A stretch of 64,000 bases of DNA from an uncultured Methanolobus sp. GTDB lineage: Archaea > Halobacteriota > Methanosarcinia > Methanosarcinales > Methanosarcinaceae. Location of the stretch: positions 2,272,001 through 2,336,000 of the forward strand of contig OY776215.1 of the NCBI GenBank assembly GCA_963675495.1. The letters run 5' to 3'. Position 1 is the stretch's first letter; each line of letters opens with the position of its first letter. This document shows, in pieces, positions 21,027 through 31,008 of this stretch. Below the pieces are notes generated by a model that was not told the DNA's origin, searched no databases, and saw only the letters and a program-made list of their open reading frames with translations. Position numbers and translations under genes: made by a program.

Positions 21027-22937
21027 ATGCAATTATTACTGATCCATTCCGATTACATCGAATATGAAGTGAAAAAGAGTACTCCGGTTGCTGAAAAAAT
21101 AGAGGAGTCCTTTAAAAAAGGCAGACTCGAAGAAGCTCTTACTGCATTTATTGCAGTAGAAAAGATTGATGAGTCAAACATTGAAGGCTCCATTTCAAAG
21201 GCCGTAGACGAGATCAAAAGCGTAGCTTCACAGGTCAAAGCTGAAAGTATAATGGTCTATCCGTATGCTCACCTGAGTTCAGACCTCTCTTCTCCCAAGG
21301 CTGGAGTTGCCGTTCTCAAGGGAATAGAAGAAGCACTTTCCGGAGAATTCACTGTTAAGAGGGCGCCATTTGGATGGTACAAGGCTTTCAAAATAAGCTG
21401 TAAAGGGCACCCGCTTTCAGAACTTTCACGTTCAATCGTTCCTGATGAAGCAGCACCAGAGTCAGAGGCATCTTCATGTCTTGCATCTGTGAAGGAAGAA
21501 GTAGTTTCTGAAGCTCTGAAAGCCGAAAGTACTGCCAAGTCTTACTGGCATGTCCTGACGCCGGATGGTACTCTGCACGACGCAACTAACTTTGATTTTA
21601 CAGGCCATGAGAATCTCGAGAAATTTGTGGATTACGAGATATCCAAGAAGAGGGCTGTTGAGAAGGCACCTCCGCACGTTGAGCTCATGCGCAGGCTGGA
21701 GCTGGCAGATTATGAACCCGGGTCAGATTCAGGTAATATGCGCTACTATCCAAAAGGCCGTTTGATGAAATCATTGCTTGAGAACTATGTGCTCGAGGAA
21801 TCCTCAAAGGTTGGGGCAATGGAGGTCGAAACACCTCTAATGTATGATATGAATCATCCAACCCTGAAGAAATATCTTGACAGATTCCCTGCCCGCCAGT
21901 ATTCAATTGAGTCTGACAAAAGGCAGCTTTTCCTCAGGTTCGCCGCATGTTTCGGTCAGTTCCTCATGAATCATGATATGACCATCTCCTACAAGAACCT
22001 GCCATTGAAAATGATCGAGATGACCCGGTACAGCTTCAGGAAGGAGCAGCGCGGGGAACTTGTGGGCCTGAGACGTCTGCGTGCTTTCACAATGCCGGAC
22101 ATGCACAGCCTGTGTACTGATATGGATCAGGCAATCTCCCAGTTCGATGATCAGTATAACATGTGCATCTCTGTTCTCGATAAAGTTGGCATCAAGGTGG
22201 ATGACTTTGAGGTCGCCATCAGGTTCACCAGGGATTTCTACAATGAGAATAAGGATTTCATAACAAATCTTGCAAAGACCGTTGATAAGCCGGTTCTTAT
22301 TGAAATGTGGGATACCCGTTTCTTCTATTTCGTACTTAAGTTCGAGTTCAACTTCGTCGATGCTCTTTCAAAGGCAAGTGCACTCTCAACTGTACAGATA
22401 GATGTCGAGAATGCTGAAAGGTATGATATCAACTATATTGACTCCAATGGAAATGCCAACAAGCCTGTGATCCTTCACTGTTCTCCAAGTGGTGCAATTG
22501 AACGTTGTATCTACGGACTGCTTGAAAAAGAGGCAATGAAAGCTGAAGCAGGCGGGGTTCCAATTTTACCATTGTGGCTTTCTCCAACTCAGGTCAGGGT
22601 TATACCCATAGCAGAAAAGCACATGGATTACGCTCAAAAGGTATCTGAACAACTTAATTGCCGTGTTGATATTGATGACAGGGATGATACAGTAGGTAAG
22701 AAAATACGTGAGGCTGGCCGTGAATGGATCCCTTATGTTGTGGTTGTTGGTGACAGTGAAGTGGAAAATGGTACAATTAATGTTACCATTCGTGCAGAAT
22801 CACAACCCAAGAAACCGGTAAAGGTGGAAATGGCTCCAGAAGAACTTAATTCCAGAATTTCTTCTGAGGTTGAAGGGATGCCATATAAAGGACTCTGTCT
22901 TGCAAAGATGCTTAGTCAGAGGCCAAAATTCATATAA
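21027..22937 (+). CDS. thrS: Threonine--tRNA ligase (archaeal type, N-terminal editing domain)
   Basis: [51 protein letters not shown]. Confidence 0.97.
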   Translation: MQLLLIHSDYIEYEVKKSTPVAEKIEESFKKGRLEEALTAFIAVEKIDESNIEGSISKAVDEIKSVASQVKAESIMVYPYAHLSSDLSSPKAGVAVLKGIEEALSGEFTVKRAPFGWYKAFKISCKGHPLSELSRSIVPDEAAPESEASSCLASVKEEVVSEALKAESTAKSYWHVLTPDGTLHDATNFDFTGHENLEKFVDYEISKKRAVEKAPPHVELMRRLELADYEPGSDSGNMRYYPKGRLMKSLLENYVLEESSKVGAMEVETPLMYDMNHPTLKKYLDRFPARQYSIESDKRQLFLRFAACFGQFLMNHDMTISYKNLPLKMIEMTRYSFRKEQRGELVGLRRLRAFTMPDMHSLCTDMDQAISQFDDQYNMCISVLDKVGIKVDDFEVAIRFTRDFYNENKDFITNLAKTVDKPVLIEMWDTRFFYFVLKFEFNFVDALSKASALSTVQIDVENAERYDINYIDSNGNANKPVILHCSPSGAIERCIYGLLEKEAMKAEAGGVPILPLWLSPTQVRVIPIAEKHMDYAQKVSEQLNCRVDIDDRDDTVGKKIREAGREWIPYVVVVGDSEVENGTINVTIRAESQPKKPVKVEMAPEELNSRISSEVEGMPYKGLCLAKMLSQRPKFI

Positions 22938-22954
22938 GTCTTTCATACAAATGA

Positions 22955-23263
22955 ATGTGTATGCAGGAAGATACATCCTACGCAGAGGAATTATCCTCTG
23001 CAACTATAATTGTTAACGGCAAGGTACAGGGTGTTTATTTTCGTAAATTCACTATGGAAAGTGCCAGAAAACTTTGTCTTACGGGTTTTGCACAGAATCT
23101 GCCAGATGGCCGGGTCAAGGTTTTTGCTGAGGGCAAAAGACTCTCAATTCTAAAATTGATTGATTATTTGAATATAGGTCCGGCTTTAGCCAGAGTTGAT
23201 GATCTGGACATAACATGGTCTTCATTTTCTTCAGAATACTCGGATTTCAACATTAAAAGGTAA
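22955..23263 (+). CDS. acyP: Acylphosphatase
   Basis: GKVQGVYFR, GFAQNLPDGRV, GPALARVD. Confidence 0.93.
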   Translation: MCMQEDTSYAEELSSATIIVNGKVQGVYFRKFTMESARKLCLTGFAQNLPDGRVKVFAEGKRLSILKLIDYLNIGPALARVDDLDITWSSFSSEYSDFNIKR

Positions 23264-23340
23264 AGTCAACCCACTGTCTTCTTATTTTGAGATGACTTTC
23301 TCCGATTAACTTTAATAGTCCTATTACTGATTCTTTATTA

Positions 23341-24516
23341 ATGGGAAACATAATCATTGTAAGATATGGTGAACTTGCCTTAAAGAGTACAGGTGTTCGT
23401 AACTGGTATGAGAAGACTTTGGTGAACAATATCTCTGTAATGCTGGAACATCGTGGTATCCCGTATTCCCGCATAATGCGTGAGTGGGGGAGAATTTTCA
23501 TTGAAACGGATGATATGCGGGCTGCAAAGGCAGCAGCGGATGTTTTTGGAGTGGTGTCCACTTCTTTTGCACATGTAGCAGATGCTACTATCGAGTCTGC
23601 AGGTGCGTTGTGTGCAAAACTTGCTGATAGTTTTGTTGTTGAAGGCCAGTCATTTGCAATAAGGGCCAGACGTACGGGAAACCATAGTTTTTCTTCACGT
23701 GATATTGGAATGGGATGCGGCGATGCAGTATGGAGTATGCTTGAATCAAAAGGCATTACACCTTCTGTGGATCTATCAAATCCTGACAGAGAAATCTTCG
23801 TGGAAATGCGCCAGAGCAAAGCATATGTTTTCACAGAAGCCGTAAAAGGTGTAGGTGGACTTCCTATGGGAACTCAAGGGAAAATGATTTCCCTAATTTC
23901 AGGAGGTATTGATTCCCCTGTTTCCACCTGGCTTTTAATGAAAAGGGGTGTGGAGATCGTGCATGTCTATTGTAATAATTCTCCATACAATGAAGACCCT
24001 GCTCATAAGCGCACAATGGATTGCATAAAAGCACTTCAGGAATGGTGTCCAAGTCATCCGTTCAAGGTATATGAGGTTCCAAACGGTTCTAATCTCGGGA
24101 TTTTTATAGATAAGTGTTCCAGAAACAAAACATGTCTTCTATGTAAGAGAACTATGTACAGGATAGCTGCTGAAGTAATGAAAAAAGAAGGTGCTTCAGG
24201 TATAGTTACTGGTTCATCCCTTGGTCAGGTGGCTTCCCAGACTGCGGCTAATATGCATGCTGAAATTCATGGACTTTGTCTTCCTATATACCATCCGTTA
24301 ATAGGTCTCGATAAAAATGAGATCATCGATATTGCAAGGAAGATAGGTACTTTTGACATATCCATCCAGCCTGCAGGAAGTTGTGCCGCAGTTCCAATGT
24401 ACCCTGAGGTAAAAGCCGGTTTTGATTCTCTTCTTGTGGAAGAGGAAAAGATTGACATTGATGAACTTGTTAGAAAATCTGTTGAAAAGGCCAGAGTTAC
24501 GAATTTAGATATTTGA
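23341..24516 (+). CDS. thiI: tRNA 4-thiouridine synthase ThiI (THUMP + PP-loop, Cys-rich archaeal type)
   Basis: VRYGELALKS, GGLPMG, LISGGIDSPV, CLLCKR, GSSLGQVASQT, PLIGLDKNEII. Confidence 0.95.
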   Translation: MGNIIIVRYGELALKSTGVRNWYEKTLVNNISVMLEHRGIPYSRIMREWGRIFIETDDMRAAKAAADVFGVVSTSFAHVADATIESAGALCAKLADSFVVEGQSFAIRARRTGNHSFSSRDIGMGCGDAVWSMLESKGITPSVDLSNPDREIFVEMRQSKAYVFTEAVKGVGGLPMGTQGKMISLISGGIDSPVSTWLLMKRGVEIVHVYCNNSPYNEDPAHKRTMDCIKALQEWCPSHPFKVYEVPNGSNLGIFIDKCSRNKTCLLCKRTMYRIAAEVMKKEGASGIVTGSSLGQVASQTAANMHAEIHGLCLPIYHPLIGLDKNEIIDIARKIGTFDISIQPAGSCAAVPMYPEVKAGFDSLLVEEEKIDIDELVRKSVEKARVTNLDI

Positions 24517-24934
24517 CAAGGTTTGACTTTTATTTGTATGCTATTAATTTGCATAGTTATACATTGAAAAGTTTATTTTTTTATAATATTTCATCTACGT
24601 GCTGTAGTGTATGCTGTTGATTCATCGTACCTATACTCTATATTATTCTGCTTGAACCCTCTGTAAATCATTTATACGCCATTATTAATAATACACATTT
24701 AAGGCGCACAAATCCAAAGTAAATTGGGTTTAAGCATAAATGTCATTATTCGTCTTCCGTCCATTTCCTCAACAATTCCTGTGCGTTTAAACATTTTTTG
24801 AAACATTTTTGTTATTGCATTAAAGAGTTACATTTCAATAATATTATTTCAGTCGAGAGCAACTTTTATATAAATATTGAGCATATAATATTCGTGAGAT
24901 TATAATAATACTTTTTGATCAATAGTTGGTTTAT

Positions 24935-27640
24935 ATGAGTGAACTTCCCTGGGAGAATAAAAAAATAGCAGAGATTATGTCATCTGTAGTTGATAAGGCG
25001 GAGATGGCACCAGATGTTTCTGAAAAGAAAAATGGCTCAACTCCGCAAATTCCTGATATATTAGCAAGTGCTTTTGCTGATATTCCAATGGAAGAGGCAA
25101 AAATAGAGGTTCATGAACCCACTTCTGATGCAGGGGTAGGTTTGATTCCAGAGGCGAATGCTCCATTTGGAGATTTACCCGATCTATCTGCTTTAGGCCA
25201 AATTAAGAATGAGAACACAAAATTAAATTTAGAAGATATTTCTTTACCATCTTCTTTGCCTCCATTCATGAACACTCCTGATATTGATGTCACATCAGAT
25301 GAAAAAGAAAATATTGCTCCAGATATTTCTAAATCACTGTTTGATCCTGACCTTTCCGCTAAGAATACTGATCATTCTGTGGCTACTGGTGCTAATTTAC
25401 CTGGTCCTGATAATAAGCGTTCTCCTCCTCCACTATTTGAGCTTTTTATTCCTGAAAATACCGACACAGAGCATTTAGAGGGTCTTGAGGCATCTGTGCC
25501 AAATTTAAAGGAGTCTGAACAAAATGCTTTTCCTTCTTTTCCCCCATTGGTACCGTCCGATGGAAATTTTACTGTTCCTGATCAATTTGCTGTTGCTCAG
25601 TCTGCTAACACTCCTTCTTTAGGTGATGCTCTTTCTAATGGTGCTAATCCTGCTATTGCTTCCAATCCATTTGACCCTACTCATGCTACTGACTCTCCTT
25701 CCTTAGGTAATGGTCCTGCTGCTTACAATCCATTCGATGGTGGTCATGTAGCTAGTGTAAATCCATTTGAGTCCACTTCTAATGTTGAAGCCAATCCATT
25801 TGGCGAACCTTTACACAGTAATGAACAAATTTCTTCAAATGATAGTTCTAAAATGAAGAGGGCAACCAGATCCTCTGTTAATGTAGCTGCATTTAAGAAA
25901 AACATTGAAGGGGTATCTGTGGTTGCCAGAGGGTTTATCAAAAATCTGACAAAAGGAAAGAGCCTTATTGAACGAATGGAGGATATGAAGGGAGATACAA
26001 CATCAGATGAGTCTTCTTATAAAGGTTCTGTTGTTTCATCCTCACCTCAGTCGCCATTTGAAAATAAATCCGGTAGTTCCGTTAATCCTGTTATTTCGTC
26101 TCCTGTTAATCCTTTCTCCTCGTCTACAGAAGTTTTAAAGGAAAGAACGGATAATGTGCAGGTAAATCCTTTTGAAGTTGAAATGGGTGGTGTACCAGTT
26201 GATGATATTAGAAAAGTAACTCCAATTGACGATCCTATTATGGAATTGGAAGACAAATATTCTATTGATGATGTTGTTTCCTCTGAGAATGTTCTGGGCA
26301 ATGTTCCGGCTGATGATTCTGAGTTTATAGCTGTTAATTCTGAACTTGTAAAAATCACACCGGTTGTTGATTCCGTTGTTATGGATGTTGATAATGATGT
26401 TGATAATGATGCTTTTCTTGATTCTGTGATACTGCCGGATATTAACCCTGAGGTGTCCATTGCAGATGAAGTTGCAGGGCATCAGGATGAACCTGTTTTG
26501 TCTACTGAGAAATTAATATCTCATACTGAAGTTTCTGATCCTTCTAATTCTTCTTCTGGAATTGAATCACAATCAGAGGTTTTTTCAGTAGAACTAGGTT
26601 CTATGAAGGTTGCAGATGAAAGGTATGATGAGATCGAAAATGATATCAAGATTTTAAAAGACAATATTGGGGACATGGGCTTACAAGTTAACTCTGTCTC
26701 TAATGAAGTAGAAACATTTTCAAGTAAACTTTCGAATATGGATATGACCTTGTCTTCTCTTATAAAAGCTAACGAAGAGATAATTTCTTGGGAAAATGGG
26801 AAAGTTGCTGAACTTGAAACAAATATCGGAGTAGTTGGTCAGAAGCTGAGTAATTTTGAATCAACTCTTGTTGCAATAGAATCTGGTAATTCTTCTGTTA
26901 GTTCTGATCTGTCCCGGATGGATGATGACATTTCCGGGCTTGTGAATTCTTATACTGCTCTTCTTGCCCAATTGCATGAATCCTTACAGGAAAATGAATC
27001 AAAATTTTCCCGCATTGATGAAGTTTCAGGTAAGGTGGATATAATTGCTTCAAGTATAAGTTCCATGGAAAAATCCAATGACGATGCAAAATCAACTTCA
27101 ATGGAATTTTCAAGGTCGATATCTTCATTGATCGATAATATGGGTAATATCTCTTCAGAGTTTCAGGATTTCAGGCAGAAATCTGAACAGAAGAATGCTG
27201 CAATGCTTGAAAAGATAAATTCCACTACAGAGTATGTGGAAAGTGAATTGAAAAAACTTGGCGCAAAGAGTTACAAGGGATTCGGACAAAATGTCCACCT
27301 TTCCAACATAGTCAAGAATTCAGGCAACATGAAACTCTGTATGGAGTGGCTTGAGTTTTTGATGGAACTTGTCGGTCGCAATAACCTTCCTGACATACTC
27401 TCATACTATGAGGAACTTGGCTGGATAACTGAAAAGGTGAGAATGGAATTGCTCCACTATGCTGATGGTATTGATTTCTATATGGAGAAACCTGACTGGA
27501 AGCTCACACCCGATGACCATGTTAAATCTATATGGTTCATCGAGAGCCTTGCAGGTATGAAAGTTGATAAGAACAGGTTATCTGTCATCGAACGAGATAT
27601 TGAGAAGGTTAAAAAGGGATCTGAAATATACGGAATATGA
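24935..27640 (+). CDS. FlaD/FlaE (ArlD/E) domain protein with a long acidic low-complexity N-terminus and coiled coil
   Basis: C-terminal MEWLEFLMELVG...ILSYYEELGWI...LTPDDHVKSIWFIESL matches the archaeal FlaD/E domain. ATG 24935. Confidence 0.8.
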   Translation: MSELPWENKKIAEIMSSVVDKAEMAPDVSEKKNGSTPQIPDILASAFADIPMEEAKIEVHEPTSDAGVGLIPEANAPFGDLPDLSALGQIKNENTKLNLEDISLPSSLPPFMNTPDIDVTSDEKENIAPDISKSLFDPDLSAKNTDHSVATGANLPGPDNKRSPPPLFELFIPENTDTEHLEGLEASVPNLKESEQNAFPSFPPLVPSDGNFTVPDQFAVAQSANTPSLGDALSNGANPAIASNPFDPTHATDSPSLGNGPAAYNPFDGGHVASVNPFESTSNVEANPFGEPLHSNEQISSNDSSKMKRATRSSVNVAAFKKNIEGVSVVARGFIKNLTKGKSLIERMEDMKGDTTSDESSYKGSVVSSSPQSPFENKSGSSVNPVISSPVNPFSSSTEVLKERTDNVQVNPFEVEMGGVPVDDIRKVTPIDDPIMELEDKYSIDDVVSSENVLGNVPADDSEFIAVNSELVKITPVVDSVVMDVDNDVDNDAFLDSVILPDINPEVSIADEVAGHQDEPVLSTEKLISHTEVSDPSNSSSGIESQSEVFSVELGSMKVADERYDEIENDIKILKDNIGDMGLQVNSVSNEVETFSSKLSNMDMTLSSLIKANEEIISWENGKVAELETNIGVVGQKLSNFESTLVAIESGNSSVSSDLSRMDDDISGLVNSYTALLAQLHESLQENESKFSRIDEVSGKVDIIASSISSMEKSNDDAKSTSMEFSRSISSLIDNMGNISSEFQDFRQKSEQKNAAMLEKINSTTEYVESELKKLGAKSYKGFGQNVHLSNIVKNSGNMKLCMEWLEFLMELVGRNNLPDILSYYEELGWITEKVRMELLHYADGIDFYMEKPDWKLTPDDHVKSIWFIESLAGMKVDKNRLSVIERDIEKVKKGSEIYGI

Positions 27641-27660
27641 AAGTCTTTTTTACAAAATAG

Positions 27661-27693
27661 ATGTTTGTGGCCATTTTGACCAGCAAACATTTT
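27661..27693. terminator. Hairpin between convergent genes
   Basis: ATGTTTGTGG...CCAGCAAACAT inverted repeat followed by Ts. Confidence 0.5.
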
Positions 27694-27719
27694 ATTATTT
27701 TTAAAGTTGTAATTTTTGT

Positions 27720-28070
27720 TTAGAACATTGCTTCCAATTTGTCAGCATAATCTGCCAACATTGGGAGCCTGTACATCTCACCTGAAAATGCTTTGTACAT
27801 GAGGAAAATCCATAGCAAGAATATAGCCAGGTACACAAATATCGATAAAAGTGCAATTAGCCATCCAATAATTGGTATCCAACCAACCATCATAATAACA
27901 ATTGAAAATACAATTATGGCCATGCTCAATACTGTGGACTGGGCTGCATGGAAGCGTACAAACTTGTTGTCTTTCTCAATAACCAATATAATTATACCTG
28001 AAATTAAGCCAAAAAGATAGGCTATTACCCCAGCTATGTTTTCATTTACGCCTAATTTAGTTTCACTCAT
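27720..28070 (-). CDS. DUF4870/Tic20-like small membrane protein (copy 1)
   Basis: ENIAGVIAY, EKDNKFVRFHAAQS, MYKAFSGEMYRLP. Confidence 0.85.
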   Translation of the reverse strand: MSETKLGVNENIAGVIAYLFGLISGIIILVIEKDNKFVRFHAAQSTVLSMAIIVFSIVIMMVGWIPIIGWLIALLSIFVYLAIFLLWIFLMYKAFSGEMYRLPMLADYADKLEAMF

Positions 28071-28336
28071 AATAATTCTCCTTATAAATATGTATATGTT
28101 GTCATTGGTTTCTTTTCATGGAGATAAAATCACAATAAGAAGAACAACGACATATCTCAATATAACTTTGAAGTATTTTGTATCAAGGTACTATTAAAAC
28201 TCATCTAAAATCATTTATTTAATTCATATTGTTGAAAAAATTCTGCAATTTTGCGATTTGAACTTATTTAATGATTTATTAATAAAATAAATAGCTGTAA
28301 ACGAATGCTTACAGCATTTTGATCTTTCTATTTTAC

Positions 28337-28879
28337 TCAATTCTCTCCAAGCTCAAAAGTTGCATTTGCAAGGAATACTGTAGCAATAGGTCCTGTGATA
28401 AGCACACCGATTCCCAGAAGAATCATTCCGATTACAAAAAGGACAAGCGTTATGGCATATACTACTAAGCTTTCAACAGGATTAGCTTTGATAATTTCAA
28501 TACTCTCTGTTATTGCTTCAATGCCACCATATCCTTTTATTACGAGCAAAGGCAGCGCGAACATGAAAAGTATTCCTATTATTGTTGAGAGTATGGATGC
28601 GATCTGTCCAAGTATTCCGGCAATGACTAAGTAGATCAGCATATATACCCAGCTTCTTATAAAATCATCCTTGTTAAAACCGGCAAATACATCACTGATC
28701 TCTATTGTTTCTCCCCTTGCTCCCTTTACTGCCATGGAAGTAAATCCATATGCAAGAGGTGCAATGGTAAATATCAATATTGAGCCTACAGCGGCTATCA
28801 ATAAACCAACTATAAATGTTACGAGGTTCTCTTTCACAACATTCCACGATTTCTTTAAACCTGCTTCATAATCCAACAT
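28337..28879 (-). CDS. Hypothetical integral membrane protein
   Basis: About 4-5 hydrophobic segments; ISDVFAGF, EAITESIE, LLGIGVLITGP. Confidence 0.8.
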   Translation of the reverse strand: MLDYEAGLKKSWNVVKENLVTFIVGLLIAAVGSILIFTIAPLAYGFTSMAVKGARGETIEISDVFAGFNKDDFIRSWVYMLIYLVIAGILGQIASILSTIIGILFMFALPLLVIKGYGGIEAITESIEIIKANPVESLVVYAITLVLFVIGMILLGIGVLITGPIATVFLANATFELGEN

Positions 28880-28913
28880 ACCACTCCCTGAATATACTTA
28901 TTAACAAAGAAGT

Positions 28914-28947
28914 TGTGTATCTGGAATGTATATATACTTATCTAAAA
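28914..28947 (-). promoter_or_regulatory. BRE/TATA promoter block, duplicated at 29475-29508
   Basis: The two 34-nt blocks match at 32/34 positions; the minus strand reads TTTTAGATAAGTATATATA..TTCCAGATACACA. Confidence 0.65.
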
Positions 28948-29011
28948 TAGGTTTGCAGACCGGATTGGTCAGCAATAATTATATAATTTTATCAAAGTAG
29001 AATTGTAGCTC

Positions 29012-29362
29012 TCAGAACATTGCTTCTAATTTGTCAGCATAGTCTGCAATTACTGGCAATCTGTACATCTCGCCCTTAAAAGCTTTATACATAAGGAATA
29101 TCCATAGTACAAAGGAAATTAATGCCACAAGTATTGATATTAATGAAAAAATCAGTCCAACATATGCTATGCCACTAAGAAATCCAAGAACAATATTTAG
29201 TATAAATAAGCCAGCATATAATGCAGTAGACTGAGCTGCATGGAAACGTACGAATTTATTTTCCTTTTCTATAACTAATAAAATGAGGCCGGTAATCCAC
29301 CCAAGAATGTAGGCTATTACTCCAGCTATGTTTTCACTTACGCCTAATTTAGTTTCACTCAT
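29012..29362 (-). CDS. DUF4870/Tic20-like small membrane protein (copy 2)
   Basis: Paralog of 27720-28070 with identical MSETKLGV start and ADYADKLEAMF end. Confidence 0.85.
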   Translation of the reverse strand: MSETKLGVSENIAGVIAYILGWITGLILLVIEKENKFVRFHAAQSTALYAGLFILNIVLGFLSGIAYVGLIFSLISILVALISFVLWIFLMYKAFKGEMYRLPVIADYADKLEAMF

Positions 29363-29474
29363 AATAATTCTCCTTATAAATGTATATAATATATTTTATG
29401 GTATTTCAGGAATTTTCTAATAAATATTCATAATTCAATATGCTACTTCCTGAATATAATTATTTACAAGAATG

Positions 29475-29508
29475 TGTGTATCTGGAAACTATATATACTT
29501 ATCTAAAA
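29475..29508 (-). promoter_or_regulatory. BRE/TATA promoter block (copy of 28914-28947)
   Basis: tgtgtatctggaaactatatatacttatctaaaa. Confidence 0.6.
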
Positions 29509-29520
29509 AAATCGGAGTGC

Positions 29521-29552
29521 AAAAAAAGAAAAGATGACGCTTAATGCGTCAT
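29521..29552 (-). terminator. Hairpin + T-tract downstream of the pilin gene
   Basis: ATGACGC-ttaat-GCGTCAT, then T-rich on the minus strand. Confidence 0.6.
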
Positions 29553-29563
29553 TAAATTTAAGT

Positions 29564-30058
29564 TTAGAATCTGACGTCGATGTCAGCAACCATTTGCTGG
29601 CTTGCTACATCAATCATTTTTACACTTGCAGTCTCACCTGATGAAGCAACATTGGATGAAGCAGCATCTGTTGTTGTCATATTAGTCTGGGTTCCGATAA
29701 TATACTCAGCAGAACTGTTTATATACAGATACATAGTTTCGCCAGCTTCAAATCTTAAGTCAGTGTCGCTTGTCAAAAGATAGGGGTCAACTGTATTTCC
29801 ATCAACGCTAATTCTTGTATTTGTTGTAGAAAGCGTGATTTCATCCCCGCCCTGATGCTCAAGTTTGATGACATTAGTGCTGTTATCAACAGCAGCACTT
29901 CCTCTAAGACTTGCCTGTGGTGCCTGTTCTGGTGGGCCCATGCCGAATACGAATGCTGCAATAACTGCAGCAAGGATAACAGTGATTGCGACCATCAGGA
30001 TAACGCCAATGACCGGGGATACTGCATCCTCGTCTAAGAATTGGTTTGCTTTACTCAT
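29564..30058 (-). CDS. Archaeal type IV pilin (DUF1628/Pilin_N, class III signal peptide)
   Basis: DEDA|VSPVIGVILMVAITVILAAVIAAFV, LEHQGGD. Confidence 0.92.
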   Translation of the reverse strand: MSKANQFLDEDAVSPVIGVILMVAITVILAAVIAAFVFGMGPPEQAPQASLRGSAAVDNSTNVIKLEHQGGDEITLSTTNTRISVDGNTVDPYLLTSDTDLRFEAGETMYLYINSSAEYIIGTQTNMTTTDAASSNVASSGETASVKMIDVASQQMVADIDVRF

Positions 30059-30083
30059 AGTTTGTTCCTCTCTTGTTCAGAAG

Positions 30084-30290
30084 TTATAGTTTCTTCTGTT
30101 TCTTTTTTTGGACCACTTTTTCAAGTTTCTTGGTCCACATTTTATCGTCGAGGTCGGTATATTCGCACTCGAGATAATGTTGCACCGCCATACTCAGGGC
30201 TTCTTTAGTTGACGACTCATTACATTTCTTCTTTAAAGCCGCAAGTTCATCTTCCGTAAGTACAGTTTGTGCGTGTACAATTTTGACCAT
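30084..30290 (-). CDS. Small conserved protein (DUF5371-like, possible ribbon-helix-helix)
   Basis: KIVHAQTVLTEDELAALKKK...TKEALSMAVQHYL; GGAG RBS upstream; immediately upstream of the pilin. Confidence 0.75.
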   Translation of the reverse strand: MVKIVHAQTVLTEDELAALKKKCNESSTKEALSMAVQHYLECEYTDLDDKMWTKKLEKVVQKKKQKKL

Positions 30291-30724
30291 TGTATCTCCT
30301 GATTGTTTGAATCATCTGATGAACATATTCTTTCAAACCATCATCATAATAATCATAATGAAATTTATATATAAACTTTATTGCCTACTTTCAATTAGGT
30401 TTGTTAAGACTCTTTCTTTTGTGTAGATAATTATATATTTGTACTAATATATTCAATTTGTGAATTTATTCATACAAAATAAATCAAAATATTCATTTTA
30501 TTCAGCAGATTATATATATTTTTCATGTAGATGAGGTTAGTCCATCAGAATGATTTTATTTTTCTTTAACCTTAAATGATTCTGTTGGTACCAAAGGTAC
30601 TTTTCATTTGAGCATGTTTAAGGACATCTTTTTAACAGAGTATTCCATTAGCAAAGTCAAAATAGCATCCTGTATATTATGCTATCTGGTAGCCTCTTAA
30701 AAATGATTAAAAGAAGGAACATCC

Positions 30725-31003
30725 ATGTCATCTAGTCGATTTATAATCACAGTTATTGGTATTGATAAGATTGGTATCGTTGCGGGCATCACGCAGGTCA
30801 TGGCACTATATAATGTCAACATTGTGGACATCAGCCAGACTATCATGGACGACCTGTTCACAATGATAATGCTGGCGCAGATAAAGGAAGAGAACTTTGA
30901 TCTGGCAGCTTTCCAGCAAGCTATGTCTGATAAAGGTGCAGAGTTTGGTGTTGAGGTAAAAGTCCAGCATGAAGATGCATTCCATTTCATGCATAGGATC
31001 TGA
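30725..31003 (+). CDS. ACT domain protein (UPF0237)
   Basis: [37 protein letters not shown]. Confidence 0.92.
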   Translation: MSSSRFIITVIGIDKIGIVAGITQVMALYNVNIVDISQTIMDDLFTMIMLAQIKEENFDLAAFQQAMSDKGAEFGVEVKVQHEDAFHFMHRI

Positions 31004-31008
31004 GGTGT

